NCBI GenBank assembly: GCA_900550685.1
Contig: URTS01000001.1
Span: 5,271-69,270 of the forward strand
DNA length: 64,000 nucleotides
Direction of reading: 5' to 3'
From: an uncultured Oscillibacter sp.
GTDB lineage: Bacteria > Bacillota > Clostridia > Oscillospirales > Oscillospiraceae
Position 1 is the stretch's first letter; each line of letters begins with the position of its first letter. Below are positions 38,530-52,021 of this stretch, piece by piece. Below the pieces are notes generated by a model. That model ran no database searches. It was not told where the DNA came from and worked only from the letters and a program-made list of their open reading frames with translations. The position numbers and the translations under genes are program-made.

Positions 38530-39342
38530 ATGCAGGATCCTGCTATCATGAATCAGTTCTCGCTGGAGGGGAAAACCGCGCTCGTTACCGGCGGCTGCTA
38601 CGGCATCGGCTATGCTATCGCCAAGGCGCTTCACGGCGCAGGTGCGAGGATCGTCATCAACGCCTCCCGCCAGTCCACCATTGACAAGGCGCTGGAGGAC
38701 TATGCCGCCGACGGCATCTGTGACGTCAAGGCCTATGTCTGCGATGTTACGGATGAAGCTGCCGTCCGGGAAATGATCGATGACATTGAAAAGACAGTCG
38801 CTCCGCTGGACATTCTGGTGAACAACGCCGGCATCATCAAGCGCATTCCCATGTGCGAGATGTCTGTTGAGGACTTCCGCCGGGTGGTGGACGTGGACCT
38901 CACGGCGCCCTTCATTGTGGCAAAGGCCGTTCTGCCCGGCATGATCGAGCGCGGTCACGGCAAGATCATCAACGTGGCCTCGATCCTCAGCGCTGTGGGC
39001 CGCGAAACCGTTGCCGCCTACACCGCCGCCAAGGGCGGATTGAAGCTGCTGACCCAGAATATCTGCTCTGAATTCGGCAGCAAAAACATCCAGTGCAACG
39101 CTATCGGGCCTGGCTACATTGCCACCAAGCAGACCGCTCCCCTGCGGGAGCGCCAGCCGGACGGCAGCCGCCATCCCTTCGACCAGTTTATTGTGGGCCG
39201 CACGCCTGCGGGCCGTTGGGGTGAGCCGGAGGACCTGATGGGCCCGGCAGTATTCCTGGCATCTGATGCGTCCAATTTCGTCAACGGCCACATTCTGTAT
39301 GTGGACGGCGGCGTACTGGCCTACATTGGCAAGCAGCCCTGA
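38530..39342 (+). CDS. Gluconate 5-dehydrogenase-like SDR
   Basis: FSLEGK.ALVTG, GRETVAAYTAAKGG, NGHILYVDGG.LAYIGKQP. Confidence 0.88.
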   Translation: MQDPAIMNQFSLEGKTALVTGGCYGIGYAIAKALHGAGARIVINASRQSTIDKALEDYAADGICDVKAYVCDVTDEAAVREMIDDIEKTVAPLDILVNNAGIIKRIPMCEMSVEDFRRVVDVDLTAPFIVAKAVLPGMIERGHGKIINVASILSAVGRETVAAYTAAKGGLKLLTQNICSEFGSKNIQCNAIGPGYIATKQTAPLRERQPDGSRHPFDQFIVGRTPAGRWGEPEDLMGPAVFLASDASNFVNGHILYVDGGVLAYIGKQP

Positions 39343-39457
39343 ACGTAACAGAAAGCCCCCGGTGGATGGAACCGCTCCGGCAAAACCGGAGAGATCCCGT
39401 ACACCGGGGGTTTTTGCATAAGAAGGCATTCCCCTTTCCACCGCGGCGGAGTGCAGC

Positions 39458-40501
39458 TTACAGCTGGCGAATGCTGTTCCGGCGTTCAAGGGTCACATCA
39501 TGGATGACAAAATCTATCGGCGTGACGGAGCCGTTTTCCACCAGTTCAATGAGCCGCGCCACCGTGACCATGGCAATTTCTTCGCAGGAAGTGGAAACCA
39601 ACGACAAGGAGGGCGTGGTATAAATGGCGGTGTCCACATTGTCAATACCGATCAGGGAAATGTCGTCTGGGATGCGGAGCCCCAGATCGTGGATCGCCTC
39701 AAAGGTGCCCATCAGCATGGTGGCAGAGCCGGCGCACAGAGCGGTGGGCAGATCCTCCCAGCTGCGCTGCAAAAGCCGTTGTGTAGCTTTATAGCCGCCG
39801 GAACGGCGGTTGAAGGTGCCGTATTCCAGCTGGTGTTCCCTGTCAAAGGCGATCCCCGCGGCGGTGAGGGCGCTCTCAAAGCCATCCAGACGATCCTGCA
39901 CAGACAGCTTGTTTGGCTCGCCGGTAACATGGACGATACGCGTATGCCCGTGGCGGACCAGCTCCTCGCCCGCTATTTTTCCGCACAGAAAGTTGTCGTA
40001 ATTCACCGACAGAATGTTGGGGGCCGGACTGCAGCGTACCTGGTTATACAGCACCATTTTATAGCCGCGGGAGGCAAAGCGGGCCAGGTCATTCTGCTCA
40101 AGATGATCACCCATGAGAATGCCGCCGGTAATGGTCCGGTTTTGGAACAGCCGGTCGATGTCCTGCATATTGTCTTCGTGAATGATGGTGGTCAGCAGAT
40201 TGTAACCGTGCCGGTTGGCGATGTCGATGGAATAGGCAATGTAATCATAGAAGAACTGGGAGCGGGAGATGGTATACTCGTCCCGCTGGGCGGACAGGTC
40301 CAGAATAAACAGGCCAAGGACCTTGTTCTGCTTGCCGACCAGATTCCGGGCGGCCGCGTCCGGAAAATAATTGTGTTCCTGAATGACAGCTTCGACTCGT
40401 TGGCGGGTGGTCTCCGAAACATTGGAATGGCCGTTCAGCACGCGGGATACCGTGGTTCTAGACACGTGTGCTAATTTTGCGATCTCAGAACTCTTCACCA
40501 C
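39458..40501 (-). CDS. LacI-family regulator
   Basis: EIAKLAHVSRTTVSRVLN; IPDDISLIG. Confidence 0.95.
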   Translation of the reverse strand: MVKSSEIAKLAHVSRTTVSRVLNGHSNVSETTRQRVEAVIQEHNYFPDAAARNLVGKQNKVLGLFILDLSAQRDEYTISRSQFFYDYIAYSIDIANRHGYNLLTTIIHEDNMQDIDRLFQNRTITGGILMGDHLEQNDLARFASRGYKMVLYNQVRCSPAPNILSVNYDNFLCGKIAGEELVRHGHTRIVHVTGEPNKLSVQDRLDGFESALTAAGIAFDREHQLEYGTFNRRSGGYKATQRLLQRSWEDLPTALCAGSATMLMGTFEAIHDLGLRIPDDISLIGIDNVDTAIYTTPSLSLVSTSCEEIAMVTVARLIELVENGSVTPIDFVIHDVTLERRNSIRQL

Positions 40502-40887
40502 TGCCCCCCCTTTTCATAAGTCATGTGATCCTGCCTTAATTTTATCAATATTTCGGATAATGTCAAATCTTTTTCGCCGTTCGTTATTATAGTAAGAACG
40601 CGTGTTGCAAGTCAGTGTAAAAAAGGCGAAATGCACAAAATACTGTTAAAAATATGGAAAGATAATCAATGGACATCAGAAGAACATGTCTGTATAATGA
40701 ATTTCACACAGAGGGGAACGTAATTGCTGACCGTCAAGGCGGAAAAGAAACATCAGACTTGACGGCAATTTTTATCGCAAATTCTAAACACGTGTAGCAA
40801 TTTTGAGTGTGCAGAAGACCGCTCTGCAAGATGGATGTTTTTTCGGTGCGAAACCGAAAAAATAAAAAGAACGAAGGAGAATTGAGT

Positions 40888-41952
40888 ATGAAAGCGAAAA
40901 AGTTTCTTGCAATGCTGATGGTGGGCGCGACCGTGTTCAGCCTGACCGCCTGCGGCAGCAGCGGTTCCAGCAGCACCGCTGGCAGCGACAATTCCGGCAA
41001 GCAGGATGCGGAAGCCCCCAAGGCGGACGCCGTGGTGGTGCAGATCGCCTATGAGAACAACCCCGGCGAGCCGACCGATCTCGCCGCGAACGAGTGGAAG
41101 CGCCTGATTGAGGAAAAGAGCAACGGTTCCATGACCGTGGAGCTCTTCCCCTCCAGCCAGCTGGGAAGCAAGACCGATCTGGTGGACCAGATGCAGATGG
41201 GCGAAGGCATCATCCACATCGGCGACGCATCCTTCTGGGCGGATTACGGCGCTCCCGAGATGAGCATTGCCTCCGCTCCCTACATCTATGATAACTGGGA
41301 TCAGTATTTCAAGCTGCTGGAAACGGATTGGTGGCAGTCTCAGGTTGACCTGCTGGCAGAGAACGGCCTGCGTATCGTAACGTCCGACTGGGAATACGGC
41401 ACCCGCGAACTGATGACCACCAAGCCCGTCCGCACCCTGGACGATCTGTCCGGTATGATCATCCGCACGCCCAACAACGTGATGCAGATGAAGACCTGGG
41501 AAGAAATGGGCGCGGCTCCCACCGCAATGGCTCTGGGCGATGTGTACACCGCCACGCAGCAGGGCACCATCGACGGCATGGAGAACCCCATTGCAACGCT
41601 GTACGGCCAGGCCTACTATGAGGTTGCCAAGTACATCACCATGATCGACTACATCCGCATGCCCGTCCAGTGGATCACCAGCGAGTCCTGGTTCCAGAGC
41701 CTGACGGAAGAACAGCAGCAGATCATCTGTGAGGCCGGTGATGAAGCGGGTCTGTTCAACAACCAGAAGCAGGACGAAATGCTGGAGCAATACATCAGCG
41801 ACATGCAGGCAAACGGCGTGGAGGTCATTACGCCCGACGATGTGGAGATGGCACGCTTCAAGGAAGCCGCTCTGAAAATTTATGACAATGCCGATGTTAC
41901 CGCAAACTGGAGCGACGGTCTGTATGAAAACATCCGCAGCATGATCAGCTGA
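40888..41952 (+). CDS. dctP: TRAP substrate-binding lipoprotein
   Basis: Lipobox LTAC; FPSSQLG; QQGTIDGMENP. Confidence 0.92.
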   Translation: MKAKKFLAMLMVGATVFSLTACGSSGSSSTAGSDNSGKQDAEAPKADAVVVQIAYENNPGEPTDLAANEWKRLIEEKSNGSMTVELFPSSQLGSKTDLVDQMQMGEGIIHIGDASFWADYGAPEMSIASAPYIYDNWDQYFKLLETDWWQSQVDLLAENGLRIVTSDWEYGTRELMTTKPVRTLDDLSGMIIRTPNNVMQMKTWEEMGAAPTAMALGDVYTATQQGTIDGMENPIATLYGQAYYEVAKYITMIDYIRMPVQWITSESWFQSLTEEQQQIICEAGDEAGLFNNQKQDEMLEQYISDMQANGVEVITPDDVEMARFKEAALKIYDNADVTANWSDGLYENIRSMIS

Positions 41953-42092
41953 GAAAAGTCTTTCGGATAAGGTACGATTGCGCAAACAATAAGCAGGGGG
42001 ACAAGTCGATAAAAGACTTGTCCCCCCTTTACATGAAATCAGAGCCGGCGTCTGAAACGGAACGGCAGGAAACTGGGGAAAGGAACCAATAC

Positions 42093-42368
42093 ATGAAAGC
42101 GACTGTCATTGATGCAAAGGATAATGTTGCGGTTGTGCTGGGAGAGGTCAAAAAGGGCGACACCATTACATGGGTGAAGGCCGGAAAGACCTATGAGATC
42201 ACGGCGCCATGCGATATTCCCGTTTATCACAAAATTGCCAACGAGCTGATCCGCAAGGGAGAGCCTGTGGTGAAGTACGGTGAGCATATCGGATTGGCGG
42301 CAGAGGATATTCCGGTTGGCTATCATGTCCATGTCCACAATGTGCTGAACAACCGGGAGAATCTGTAA
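42093..42368 (+). CDS. UxaA-family dehydratase small (SAF) subunit
   Basis: DNVAV, HKIA, VVKYG..IG, HVHVHN. Confidence 0.9.
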   Translation: MKATVIDAKDNVAVVLGEVKKGDTITWVKAGKTYEITAPCDIPVYHKIANELIRKGEPVVKYGEHIGLAAEDIPVGYHVHVHNVLNNRENL

Positions 42369-42381
42369 GGAGGGAAAGCAA

Positions 42382-43545
42382 ATGAATTTCTGGGGATATC
42401 GCAGACCCGACGGCCGCGTGGGTGTGCGGAATAACGTGCTGGTGCTGCCGGCGTCCGTCTGCGCGGCGGATACCTGCCGGATCGTTGCATCGCAGGTGAA
42501 GGGAACGGTGACGTTCCATAATCAGAACGGCTGTTCACAGGTGCCCTGCGATATGCAGCTGACCATGGACACCATAGCCGGATTCGCAGCGAATCCGAAT
42601 ATTTACGGCACCATCATCATTTCACTGGGCTGCGAGAACTGCCAGATGGATCTGGTGGTAAAGGCCATTCAGGAGCGCACCAACAAGCCGATGCGCCAGT
42701 TCATCATTCAGGAATGCGGCGGTACGATCGCCACGGCGGAGCAGGCGGTCCGAGCAGCCAGAGAAATGGTGCAGGAGGCGTCTTTGCAGCGGCGTGAGGA
42801 GTTCCCCATCAGCAAGCTGATGCTGGGAACCGAGTGTGGCGGTTCGGATATGACCAGCGGTTTGGCGTCCAATCCCCTGATCGGTCAGGTCTGTGACCGT
42901 CTGGTGGACATGGGGGCCACGGCAGTCCTTTCGGAAACCACGGAGTTCATCGGTGCGGAGCATATTCTGGCCCGTCGCGGACGGACACCGGAGATCCGCC
43001 AGCGCATCTATGACATTGTGCATCGCTATGAGGATTCCCTGAAGCTGGTGGGCGAGGACCCGCGGGACGGCAATCCCTCCCCCGGCAACAAGGCCGGCGG
43101 CCTGACGACGCTGGAGGAAAAATCGCTGGGTTGCATCCACAAGGGCGGACACCACCCGGTGGAAGAGGTATACGATTACGCCAAGCAAATGGAGTACGGC
43201 AAGGGCCTGGTCATTATGGATACGCCGGGCAACGATCCGTCCTCTGTGGCGGGCATGGCGGCAGGCGGCTGCCAGCTGGTGCTGTTTTCCACCGGCCGCG
43301 GAACGCCTACCGGAAACCCAATTGCGCCGGTCATCAAGCTGACGGCCAACCCCATCACCTATGGAAAAATGAAAGACAACATCGATGTGGACGGCAGCAT
43401 CCTGCTGGAACATCCGGAGAAAATGGGCGAGGTGGCCGATGCGCTGGTTGCGGAGATCATTGATTTCGCAAACGGAAAGGCCACCAAATCGGAGTCACTG
43501 GGCTTCTACGAACTGGCGATCGCCCGTGTATGTAATTATGTGTAA
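42382..43545 (+). CDS. UxaA/GarD-family dehydratase large subunit
   Basis: GYRR.DGRVGVRN, LGCE, ECGGSD, GN..GGLTT.EEKSLG, FSTGRG. Confidence 0.92.
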   Translation: MNFWGYRRPDGRVGVRNNVLVLPASVCAADTCRIVASQVKGTVTFHNQNGCSQVPCDMQLTMDTIAGFAANPNIYGTIIISLGCENCQMDLVVKAIQERTNKPMRQFIIQECGGTIATAEQAVRAAREMVQEASLQRREEFPISKLMLGTECGGSDMTSGLASNPLIGQVCDRLVDMGATAVLSETTEFIGAEHILARRGRTPEIRQRIYDIVHRYEDSLKLVGEDPRDGNPSPGNKAGGLTTLEEKSLGCIHKGGHHPVEEVYDYAKQMEYGKGLVIMDTPGNDPSSVAGMAAGGCQLVLFSTGRGTPTGNPIAPVIKLTANPITYGKMKDNIDVDGSILLEHPEKMGEVADALVAEIIDFANGKATKSESLGFYELAIARVCNYV

Positions 43546-43560
43546 AAGCGAGGGAACAAG

Positions 43561-44070
43561 ATGAAGGAACAGAAAAAAAGTCCATGGCATGTTCTGGGAA
43601 ATCTGGATCTGTACTTCATGGTCATTCTGCTGGCCTGCTTGATCGTGCTGACGGTCGGGGGCGTGTTGAAGCGGTATATTTTGCGCAATCCAATCTCCTG
43701 GTTGGAGGAAATACAGGCACTGCTGTTCATGTGGATCACATTTATCGGCGGCAGCGCGGCATTCCGGTATGCCTCCCATGTGTCTATTGAAATCCTGGTG
43801 GATTCCCTGCCCAAAAAGATTGGCGGCCTGATCGAGCGGTTCGACGTGCTGCTGCAGCTGCTGATCCTGGGGTACCTGTGCTATCAGGAATTTACCTATT
43901 ATTTCCAGCTGATCTCCACCGGAAAGGTCACCAACCTGCTGCGCATCCCGTACAGCGTGGCATATCTGGCACTGCCTATCGGCGGTGTGCTGATGCTGGT
44001 GTCCATGCTGTGGGCGTCTTATCAGCAGTTTGTGAAGGGCGTTGATCTGAAAGGAGGCGAGACGGAATGA
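43561..44070 (+). CDS. dctQ: TRAP small permease
   Basis: RY...PISWLEE; 4 TM. Confidence 0.88.
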   Translation: MKEQKKSPWHVLGNLDLYFMVILLACLIVLTVGGVLKRYILRNPISWLEEIQALLFMWITFIGGSAAFRYASHVSIEILVDSLPKKIGGLIERFDVLLQLLILGYLCYQEFTYYFQLISTGKVTNLLRIPYSVAYLALPIGGVLMLVSMLWASYQQFVKGVDLKGGETE

Positions 44071-45356
44071 GTCCGGTTGTAATTGCTGTTGTGCTGATGC
44101 TGGTGCTGCTGTTTTTGAAGGTCCCCGTGTGGATGTCCGTGATTGCAGGCACCGCCAGCTACTTCTTCCTGAACCCGGCCGTGTCCTCCATGATCCTGGC
44201 ACAGCGTCTGGCCTCCTCCGTGCAGGGACTGACGCTGCTGGCGGTTCCCTTCTTTGTGTGCGCCGGTATTTTTATGAACGCCTCCGGTGTCAGCAAGCGA
44301 ATCATGGACCTGTGTGATCTGCTGACCGGCCACATGTGGGGCGGTCTGGCACAGGTGAACGTGCTGCTGTCCACTCTGATGGGCGGCCTGTCCGGCTCCA
44401 ATCTGGCTGACGCTGCTATGGAAGCCAAGCTGCTGGTGCCTCCCATGGAGGCAAAGGGCATGAGCAAGGGCTTCTCATCCGTGGTGACGTCGGCATCGGC
44501 CATGATCACCCCCATCATCCCGCCGGGAATCGCCATGATCCTCTGCGGCTCTCTGGCAAACGTGTCCATCGGCAAGCTGTTTGTGTCCGGCATCGGCGTC
44601 GGCATTCTGCTGTGCGCCGGTGAAATGATCTGCGTGTCCGTGATCTCCCACAAGCGCGGCTACAAGCCTACCCGTGCAAAGGGAGAAAAGCTGCCGCAGG
44701 GCGAAGCGTGGCATATCATCCGGGCGTCCATTCTGCCCATGTGCCTGCCTGTTGTCATCATCGGCGGCGTGCGGCTCGGCGCGTTCACCGCAACGGAGGC
44801 CGGCGCTGTGGCGGTGGTGTATTCCGTTTTCCTCGGTCTGCTGTACCGGGAACTGGATATGAAGAAGATCATCCAGGGCCTGAAGGAAACCGTGCTGTCC
44901 ACGGCAGGCATCATGCTGATCATCGGTGCGGCTTCTGCCCTGAGCTGGGTGCTGACCAAGGAGCGTATTCCCCAGACGCTGACGGAAATGATGCTGCAGA
45001 TCAGCCCCAATAAGTATGTATTCCTGATTCTGATGAACATTTTCCTGCTGATCTGCGGCATGTTCCTGGAGGGCAACGCCATCATGATCATTCTGGTGCC
45101 ACTGCTGTTCCCTATCGCCATGCAGTATGGCATCAACGAGGTGCAGTTCCTGATGGTCATTATCTTCAACGTGTCCATTGGCTGCATGACGCCGCCCATG
45201 GGTACGCTGATGTTCGTGGTGTGCAATGAAACCGGGTGTAAACTGAAAGAGTTTATCAAGGAAAGCATCCCGTTCTTTATTGTGCTGATCGCGGAGCTGC
45301 TGATGCTGACCTTCATTCCCGTGCTGACCACGGGTCTGGTCGACCTGATGTATTGA
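44067..45356 (+). CDS. dctM: TRAP large permease
   Basis: AVPFF, SGSNLADA, IIPPG, TPPMG. Confidence 0.92.
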   Translation: MSPVVIAVVLMLVLLFLKVPVWMSVIAGTASYFFLNPAVSSMILAQRLASSVQGLTLLAVPFFVCAGIFMNASGVSKRIMDLCDLLTGHMWGGLAQVNVLLSTLMGGLSGSNLADAAMEAKLLVPPMEAKGMSKGFSSVVTSASAMITPIIPPGIAMILCGSLANVSIGKLFVSGIGVGILLCAGEMICVSVISHKRGYKPTRAKGEKLPQGEAWHIIRASILPMCLPVVIIGGVRLGAFTATEAGAVAVVYSVFLGLLYRELDMKKIIQGLKETVLSTAGIMLIIGAASALSWVLTKERIPQTLTEMMLQISPNKYVFLILMNIFLLICGMFLEGNAIMIILVPLLFPIAMQYGINEVQFLMVIIFNVSIGCMTPPMGTLMFVVCNETGCKLKEFIKESIPFFIVLIAELLMLTFIPVLTTGLVDLMY

Positions 45357-45378
45357 CCGCACCGGCGGATATTATGAA

Positions 45379-45420
45379 AAAAACGGAACCGCCAGTCAAA
45401 AGACTGACGGTTCCGTTTTC
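45379..45420 (+). terminator. Intrinsic terminator
   Basis: AAAACGGAACCG(C)CAGTC-aaaa-GACTG(A)CGGTTCCGTTTT. Confidence 0.7.
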
Positions 45421-45591
45421 ATTTGCCCCCGAAGCAGCGCGGCCGCCGGAACGCAAAGTATTTTCTGCTACGGCCGTGAAACGCTGCAAAGCATTTTCGG
45501 CAAACAAAGGGACTGCCGCAGAATAGAAATTCTGCGGCAGTCCCTCCTGTGCGCTTTACAGGAAGTCCTCTTTCTGTAAAGTATCGGTTTT

Positions 45592-46212
45592 TCAGCAGTT
45601 CACGCAGGAACCTGCCTGTCCGGGATGCAGCAGACCCCAGACGTGGTCCGAAACCTCAGGCTGAAGGTCAAAGCCGATCATCAGATCATCACTGCACAGC
45701 TTCATGGTGTCCGCCGTGACGGGAATATAGATGGTTTCCGCTCCGTCGCTCTGCTGCTCCGCATGGGCAATGGCTACTTCCGCAGCCGCCGCTTCCAGTT
45801 CCTCCGGCTCCGGCATTGAGATATACCGCTTATGGCGCGTCCAAGCCTCCAAAAACGTACAGCCAACCCCCAGGGCCAGGCAGGCAGCCGCTTCCGGCAA
45901 CATAGCCGCGCTTTGGCCGGACCGGTATGCCCATAGGCACAGGACCGTCATCATTGCCACCAGCCCCAGCTGGAAGCCTTCCTTACCGGACAGCAGATGC
46001 AGGTCTCCCCTCAGCTGGTGCCGGGCGCAGTCCCGGCAGACGTCCATTTCCACGGTCCGCTCCACGACCTGCACCGGCTCCTGTTCATAGATCAGGGGGT
46101 TCTGGTACGTCCGCACCTCCATCAGCTGAATATGATAATGCGGATCACCGCCGCACCGGACACAACGCGCCATACGTTTTCCTTTCCGGGTCTCTATCCC
46201 CTGTGTTTCCAT
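45592..46212 (-). CDS. Hypothetical membrane protein with two CxxC pairs
   Basis: CVRC/CRDC; two hydrophobic segments; start uncertain. Confidence 0.6.
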   Translation of the reverse strand: METQGIETRKGKRMARCVRCGGDPHYHIQLMEVRTYQNPLIYEQEPVQVVERTVEMDVCRDCARHQLRGDLHLLSGKEGFQLGLVAMMTVLCLWAYRSGQSAAMLPEAAACLALGVGCTFLEAWTRHKRYISMPEPEELEAAAAEVAIAHAEQQSDGAETIYIPVTADTMKLCSDDLMIGFDLQPEVSDHVWGLLHPGQAGSCVNC

Positions 46213-46324
46213 CGTTTAGATGACAGTATAATGGATTTTTGCCTGTTATGGAAATGTAAATACAGTATCTACGTCATATCAAATTCATATAGCTTTCCAA
46301 TCGCCTGCCGGTCTGGAAAACAGT

Positions 46325-47011
46325 TCACTGCTTTTCTTCCTCCTCATGGATGAACATGATGAGAAAGCTGACTGCCAATAACCCGCAAGAAACCCAAATG
46401 CCACGTTCGGCAAAGTGGGCTGTCAGCAGTGCCCCCAGCCCTGCGCCCACGGCAAACAGGCCGATGACGCCGAAGTAGGTCAGGGTTTTGTACAGTACCT
46501 CCCGGTCATGTGTGTGAAAATAAACGCACAGGGCCTCGGTGCCGCTGCGCATATTGCCAATGCACATGGTGCTGGCATAGGCGTGGCCCCGGACCTTACG
46601 GAAAGTCTGCACCTGCATGGCGCACACAAAAGATACCAGTGCATTGGCCAATGTATTGACTTCCTGCGGCAAAAAGCCAACCGCAAACAGCAGGATGATC
46701 TCCGCCAGAATGATGAGCTGCCGCCAGTGCACCTTTTCCATGTACTTAAAATGGCGGTGCACGCATTCCGCCGCGAAAATGCCCAGCAGAAACGACAGCA
46801 CCGGGATGAGATACCGGGTGCAGTGCCCCCACTCCCCGTCAAACAGATAGGAACTGAACAGCACGATATTGCCCGTCTGGGCATTGGCAAACACCTTGCC
46901 CCGGCAGAGATAGGTGTAGGCGTCCTGCAAGCCGCCGGAGAGAATGATGAACGCGGCGGTCAGCAGGGATTCCGACATCTGCCCGCGGTGCTTATGGAGA
47001 TTCACGATCAT
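46325..47011 (-). CDS. YoaK/DUF1275-family membrane protein
   Basis: DAYTY...FANAQTGN; STMCIGN. Confidence 0.85.
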   Translation of the reverse strand: MIVNLHKHRGQMSESLLTAAFIILSGGLQDAYTYLCRGKVFANAQTGNIVLFSSYLFDGEWGHCTRYLIPVLSFLLGIFAAECVHRHFKYMEKVHWRQLIILAEIILLFAVGFLPQEVNTLANALVSFVCAMQVQTFRKVRGHAYASTMCIGNMRSGTEALCVYFHTHDREVLYKTLTYFGVIGLFAVGAGLGALLTAHFAERGIWVSCGLLAVSFLIMFIHEEEEKQ

Positions 47012-47038
47012 TAACCTTCTTCAACTCATCAAGTCCAC

Positions 47039-47454
47039 TCAGCGGCCGCCGTTCCAGCGTTCCTTGACCCGCAGACGGCTGAGGGCCCGCGCCAGATTCG
47101 CCTGGGCGCTTTTGTACTCCTGGAGGCTCTTCTTTTGCAGCAGCTCCTCCTTGGCGGCATCTGCCGCCCGCTTGGCCCGGTTGGCGTCGATGTCCTCCGG
47201 GCGCTCCGCCGTGTCCACCAGCAGCAGCACGTCCCCGTCTTCAATCTTCACCAGTCCGGCGGAGACAGCGGCGGTCCGGAGGGACCCGCCCTCCGGCTGA
47301 AAACGCAATTCCCCCGGCACCACGGCGGCAATCATGTTGCTGTGGTGGGGCAGGATGCCCATGGCGCCGTCGGTACAGGGTACCACCATGAACTCGCAGG
47401 GGCCGTCAAAGAAGTCGGTGTCCGAGGCCAGGACCCGTGCGTGAAAAGCGCTCA

Positions 47455-47455
<1 letters not shown>
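47039..47455 (-). CDS. atpC: F1 ATPase epsilon subunit
   Basis: GILPHH; EDID..RA. Confidence 0.92.
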
Positions 47456-49760
<2,305 letters not shown>

Positions 49761-49761
49761 T

Positions 49762-51522
49762 TCAATCACCGTTCTTTTCTGCGGCTTCCGCCTGATACTG
49801 GGTCAGAAAACCCTTGGACAATTTCAAAATCCTCTCCCGGTCTTCGTCGCTCATCTGGCCGCTCTCGTCGATCCGGTGGCACAGGGCCTGGTCCTGGGTC
49901 TCCACATAGCTCAAAAGCTGTGTGCGGAAGCCGTCCATCTTTGCGAGGGGCACCGTCTGCATCACGTGGCTCAGGGCCGCTACCAGCAGGATCACCTGCT
50001 GGTGCTGCTGGTAGGGGTGGTACTGGGGCTGGCGCAGCAGGCGCATCAGCCCCTGGCCATAAACCAGCTGACGCTTTGTGGTCTCGTCCAGATCGCTGGA
50101 AAACTGAGTAAATACCTCCATCTCCCGGTACTGGGCCAGGTCCAGCCGCAGGGCGCCCGCGGCCTTTTTCATGGCCTTGGTCTGGGCGTCGCCGCCCACA
50201 CGGGACACGGACAGGCCCACGTTAACGGCGGGCCGCTGGCCGGAGAAAAACAGATTGCTCTCCAGAAAAATCTGGCCATCGGTGATGGAGATGATATTGG
50301 TGGGGATATATGCGGACACGTCCCCCGCCTGCGTTTCCACAATCGGCAGGGCCGTCATGCTGCCGCCTCCCAGTTCATCGGAGAGGTGGGCGGAGCGCTC
50401 CAGCAGCCGGGAATGGAGGTAGAACACGTCGCCGGGGTAGGCTTCCCGTCCGGGGGAACGCTCCAGCAGCAGGCTCAGCGTCCGGTAGGCCACGGCATGC
50501 TTGGACAGGTCATCATAGACGATGAGGACGTCCCGGCCCTTGCGCATGAAGTATTCGCCAATGGCCGTTCCGGCGTAGGGGGCGATGTATTGCAGGGACG
50601 CCGACGCGCTGGCGGGGGCATTCACTACGATGGTGTAGTCCATGGCCCCCCGGTGCTTCAGGTTTTCCACCAGCTGGGCCACGGAGCTGGACTTCTGCCC
50701 GATGGCCACATAGATGCACACCACATCTTTCCCCTTCTGGTTCAGGATGGTGTCCAGGGCGATGGCGGTCTTGCCGGTCTGGCGGTCGCCGATGATCAGC
50801 TCCCGCTGGCCCCGGCCGATGGGGAACATGGAGTCGATGGAGAGCAGCCCCGTTTCCATGGGACGGTTCACCGGCTGGCGGTCGATGATGCCGGGGGCCG
50901 GGGACTCAATGGGCAGATAGTTCTCTGCCGGGATGTCTCCCTTGCCGTCGATGGGGGTGCCCAGGGCATCCACCACCCGGCCCAGGAAGCCGTCCCCCAC
51001 CGGAACACCGGCGGTCCTGCCGGTGCGGCGGACGATGCTGCCCTCCTCAATGGCCTCGCTGCCGCCAAAGAGGATGCAGCCCACCCGGCCGGGCCGCAGA
51101 TCCTGCACCATGCCCTTCACGCCGGAGGAAAACTGCAAGATCTCGCCGTAGGCGGCGTGCTCCAATCCGCTGACGGCGGCGATCTCGTCGCCCACCGTCA
51201 GGACGCTGCCCACCTCCTCCGGAGACACCTCCGGCTGCCAGTTGCGGACGGTCTCCTGCATCAGCGGAATGACGGACGCACCGGCGGGGTTCAGCTGTTC
51301 CAGCCGTTCCCGGAACTGCCGCAGACGGCCTTCCAGGCTCCAGTCGTACAGGTCAGCCCCTACCTCCAGCCGGAAGCCCTTTTCCAGGGCGGGGTCCTTT
51401 TCCCAGCGGAGAGGCACCTCCTGGCCGTATTTTTTTTGCAGAAAGGCCGCAAAGCGGGCCTGCTGGGCCTCACTGGGGGCCTCCGCGCTGCGGAGGACCG
51501 CTTCCAGCACTGCTTCACGCAT
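49762..51522 (-). CDS. atpA: F1 ATPase alpha subunit with N-terminal delta-like extension
   Basis: [17 protein letters not shown]; extra ~85-aa N-terminus resembling the delta C-domain. Confidence 0.95.
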   Translation of the reverse strand: MREAVLEAVLRSAEAPSEAQQARFAAFLQKKYGQEVPLRWEKDPALEKGFRLEVGADLYDWSLEGRLRQFRERLEQLNPAGASVIPLMQETVRNWQPEVSPEEVGSVLTVGDEIAAVSGLEHAAYGEILQFSSGVKGMVQDLRPGRVGCILFGGSEAIEEGSIVRRTGRTAGVPVGDGFLGRVVDALGTPIDGKGDIPAENYLPIESPAPGIIDRQPVNRPMETGLLSIDSMFPIGRGQRELIIGDRQTGKTAIALDTILNQKGKDVVCIYVAIGQKSSSVAQLVENLKHRGAMDYTIVVNAPASASASLQYIAPYAGTAIGEYFMRKGRDVLIVYDDLSKHAVAYRTLSLLLERSPGREAYPGDVFYLHSRLLERSAHLSDELGGGSMTALPIVETQAGDVSAYIPTNIISITDGQIFLESNLFFSGQRPAVNVGLSVSRVGGDAQTKAMKKAAGALRLDLAQYREMEVFTQFSSDLDETTKRQLVYGQGLMRLLRQPQYHPYQQHQQVILLVAALSHVMQTVPLAKMDGFRTQLLSYVETQDQALCHRIDESGQMSDEDRERILKLSKGFLTQYQAEAAEKNGD

Positions 51523-52006
51523 GGGGCTCCCCCCTCTCCGCCTCGTCAAGGAACTGGTCGAAGGCGTCGCCGCCGGATTGCAGCACCAGCTTTTCCGTGG
51601 CCGTCACCGCCAGGTCCTTCAGCTCCTTCTCCGCGTCGGCCAGGAGCTTGTCGTGCTCCCGCTGGGCGGCGGTGTGGGCATCGGCGATGATCTGCTCCGC
51701 CTGGGCCCGGGCTTCGGAAATCCGCTGCTCCGCGGCGGTGTCCGCCGCCTTCTGGGCCTGGGCGATTTTTTCAGTTGCCGCGGCATCGGCGTTTTTCAGC
51801 TGCTGCCGGACCTCTGCCGCCGTCTGTTCTGCGTCGGCCAGGGCCTTGGCCGCCTGGGCGTCCTGGTCCCGGTAATAGGCCGTCCGCTTGTCCATAAAGG
51901 CCTTCACGGGCTTATAGAGCAGCAGGTACAGCCCGCCTGCCAGAATCACGAAGTTCAGCAGGTGCAGCAAAATCTGCTGCCAGTCAATGTTCAAAGGGAT
52001 GTTCAT
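51515..52006 (-). CDS. atpF: Fo subunit b
   Basis: N-terminal TM (NFVIL...LYKP), long Ala-rich coiled coil. Confidence 0.9.
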   Translation of the reverse strand: MNIPLNIDWQQILLHLLNFVILAGGLYLLLYKPVKAFMDKRTAYYRDQDAQAAKALADAEQTAAEVRQQLKNADAAATEKIAQAQKAADTAAEQRISEARAQAEQIIADAHTAAQREHDKLLADAEKELKDLAVTATEKLVLQSGGDAFDQFLDEAERGEPHA

Positions 52007-52021
52007 GGTTTCCCACCTGCC

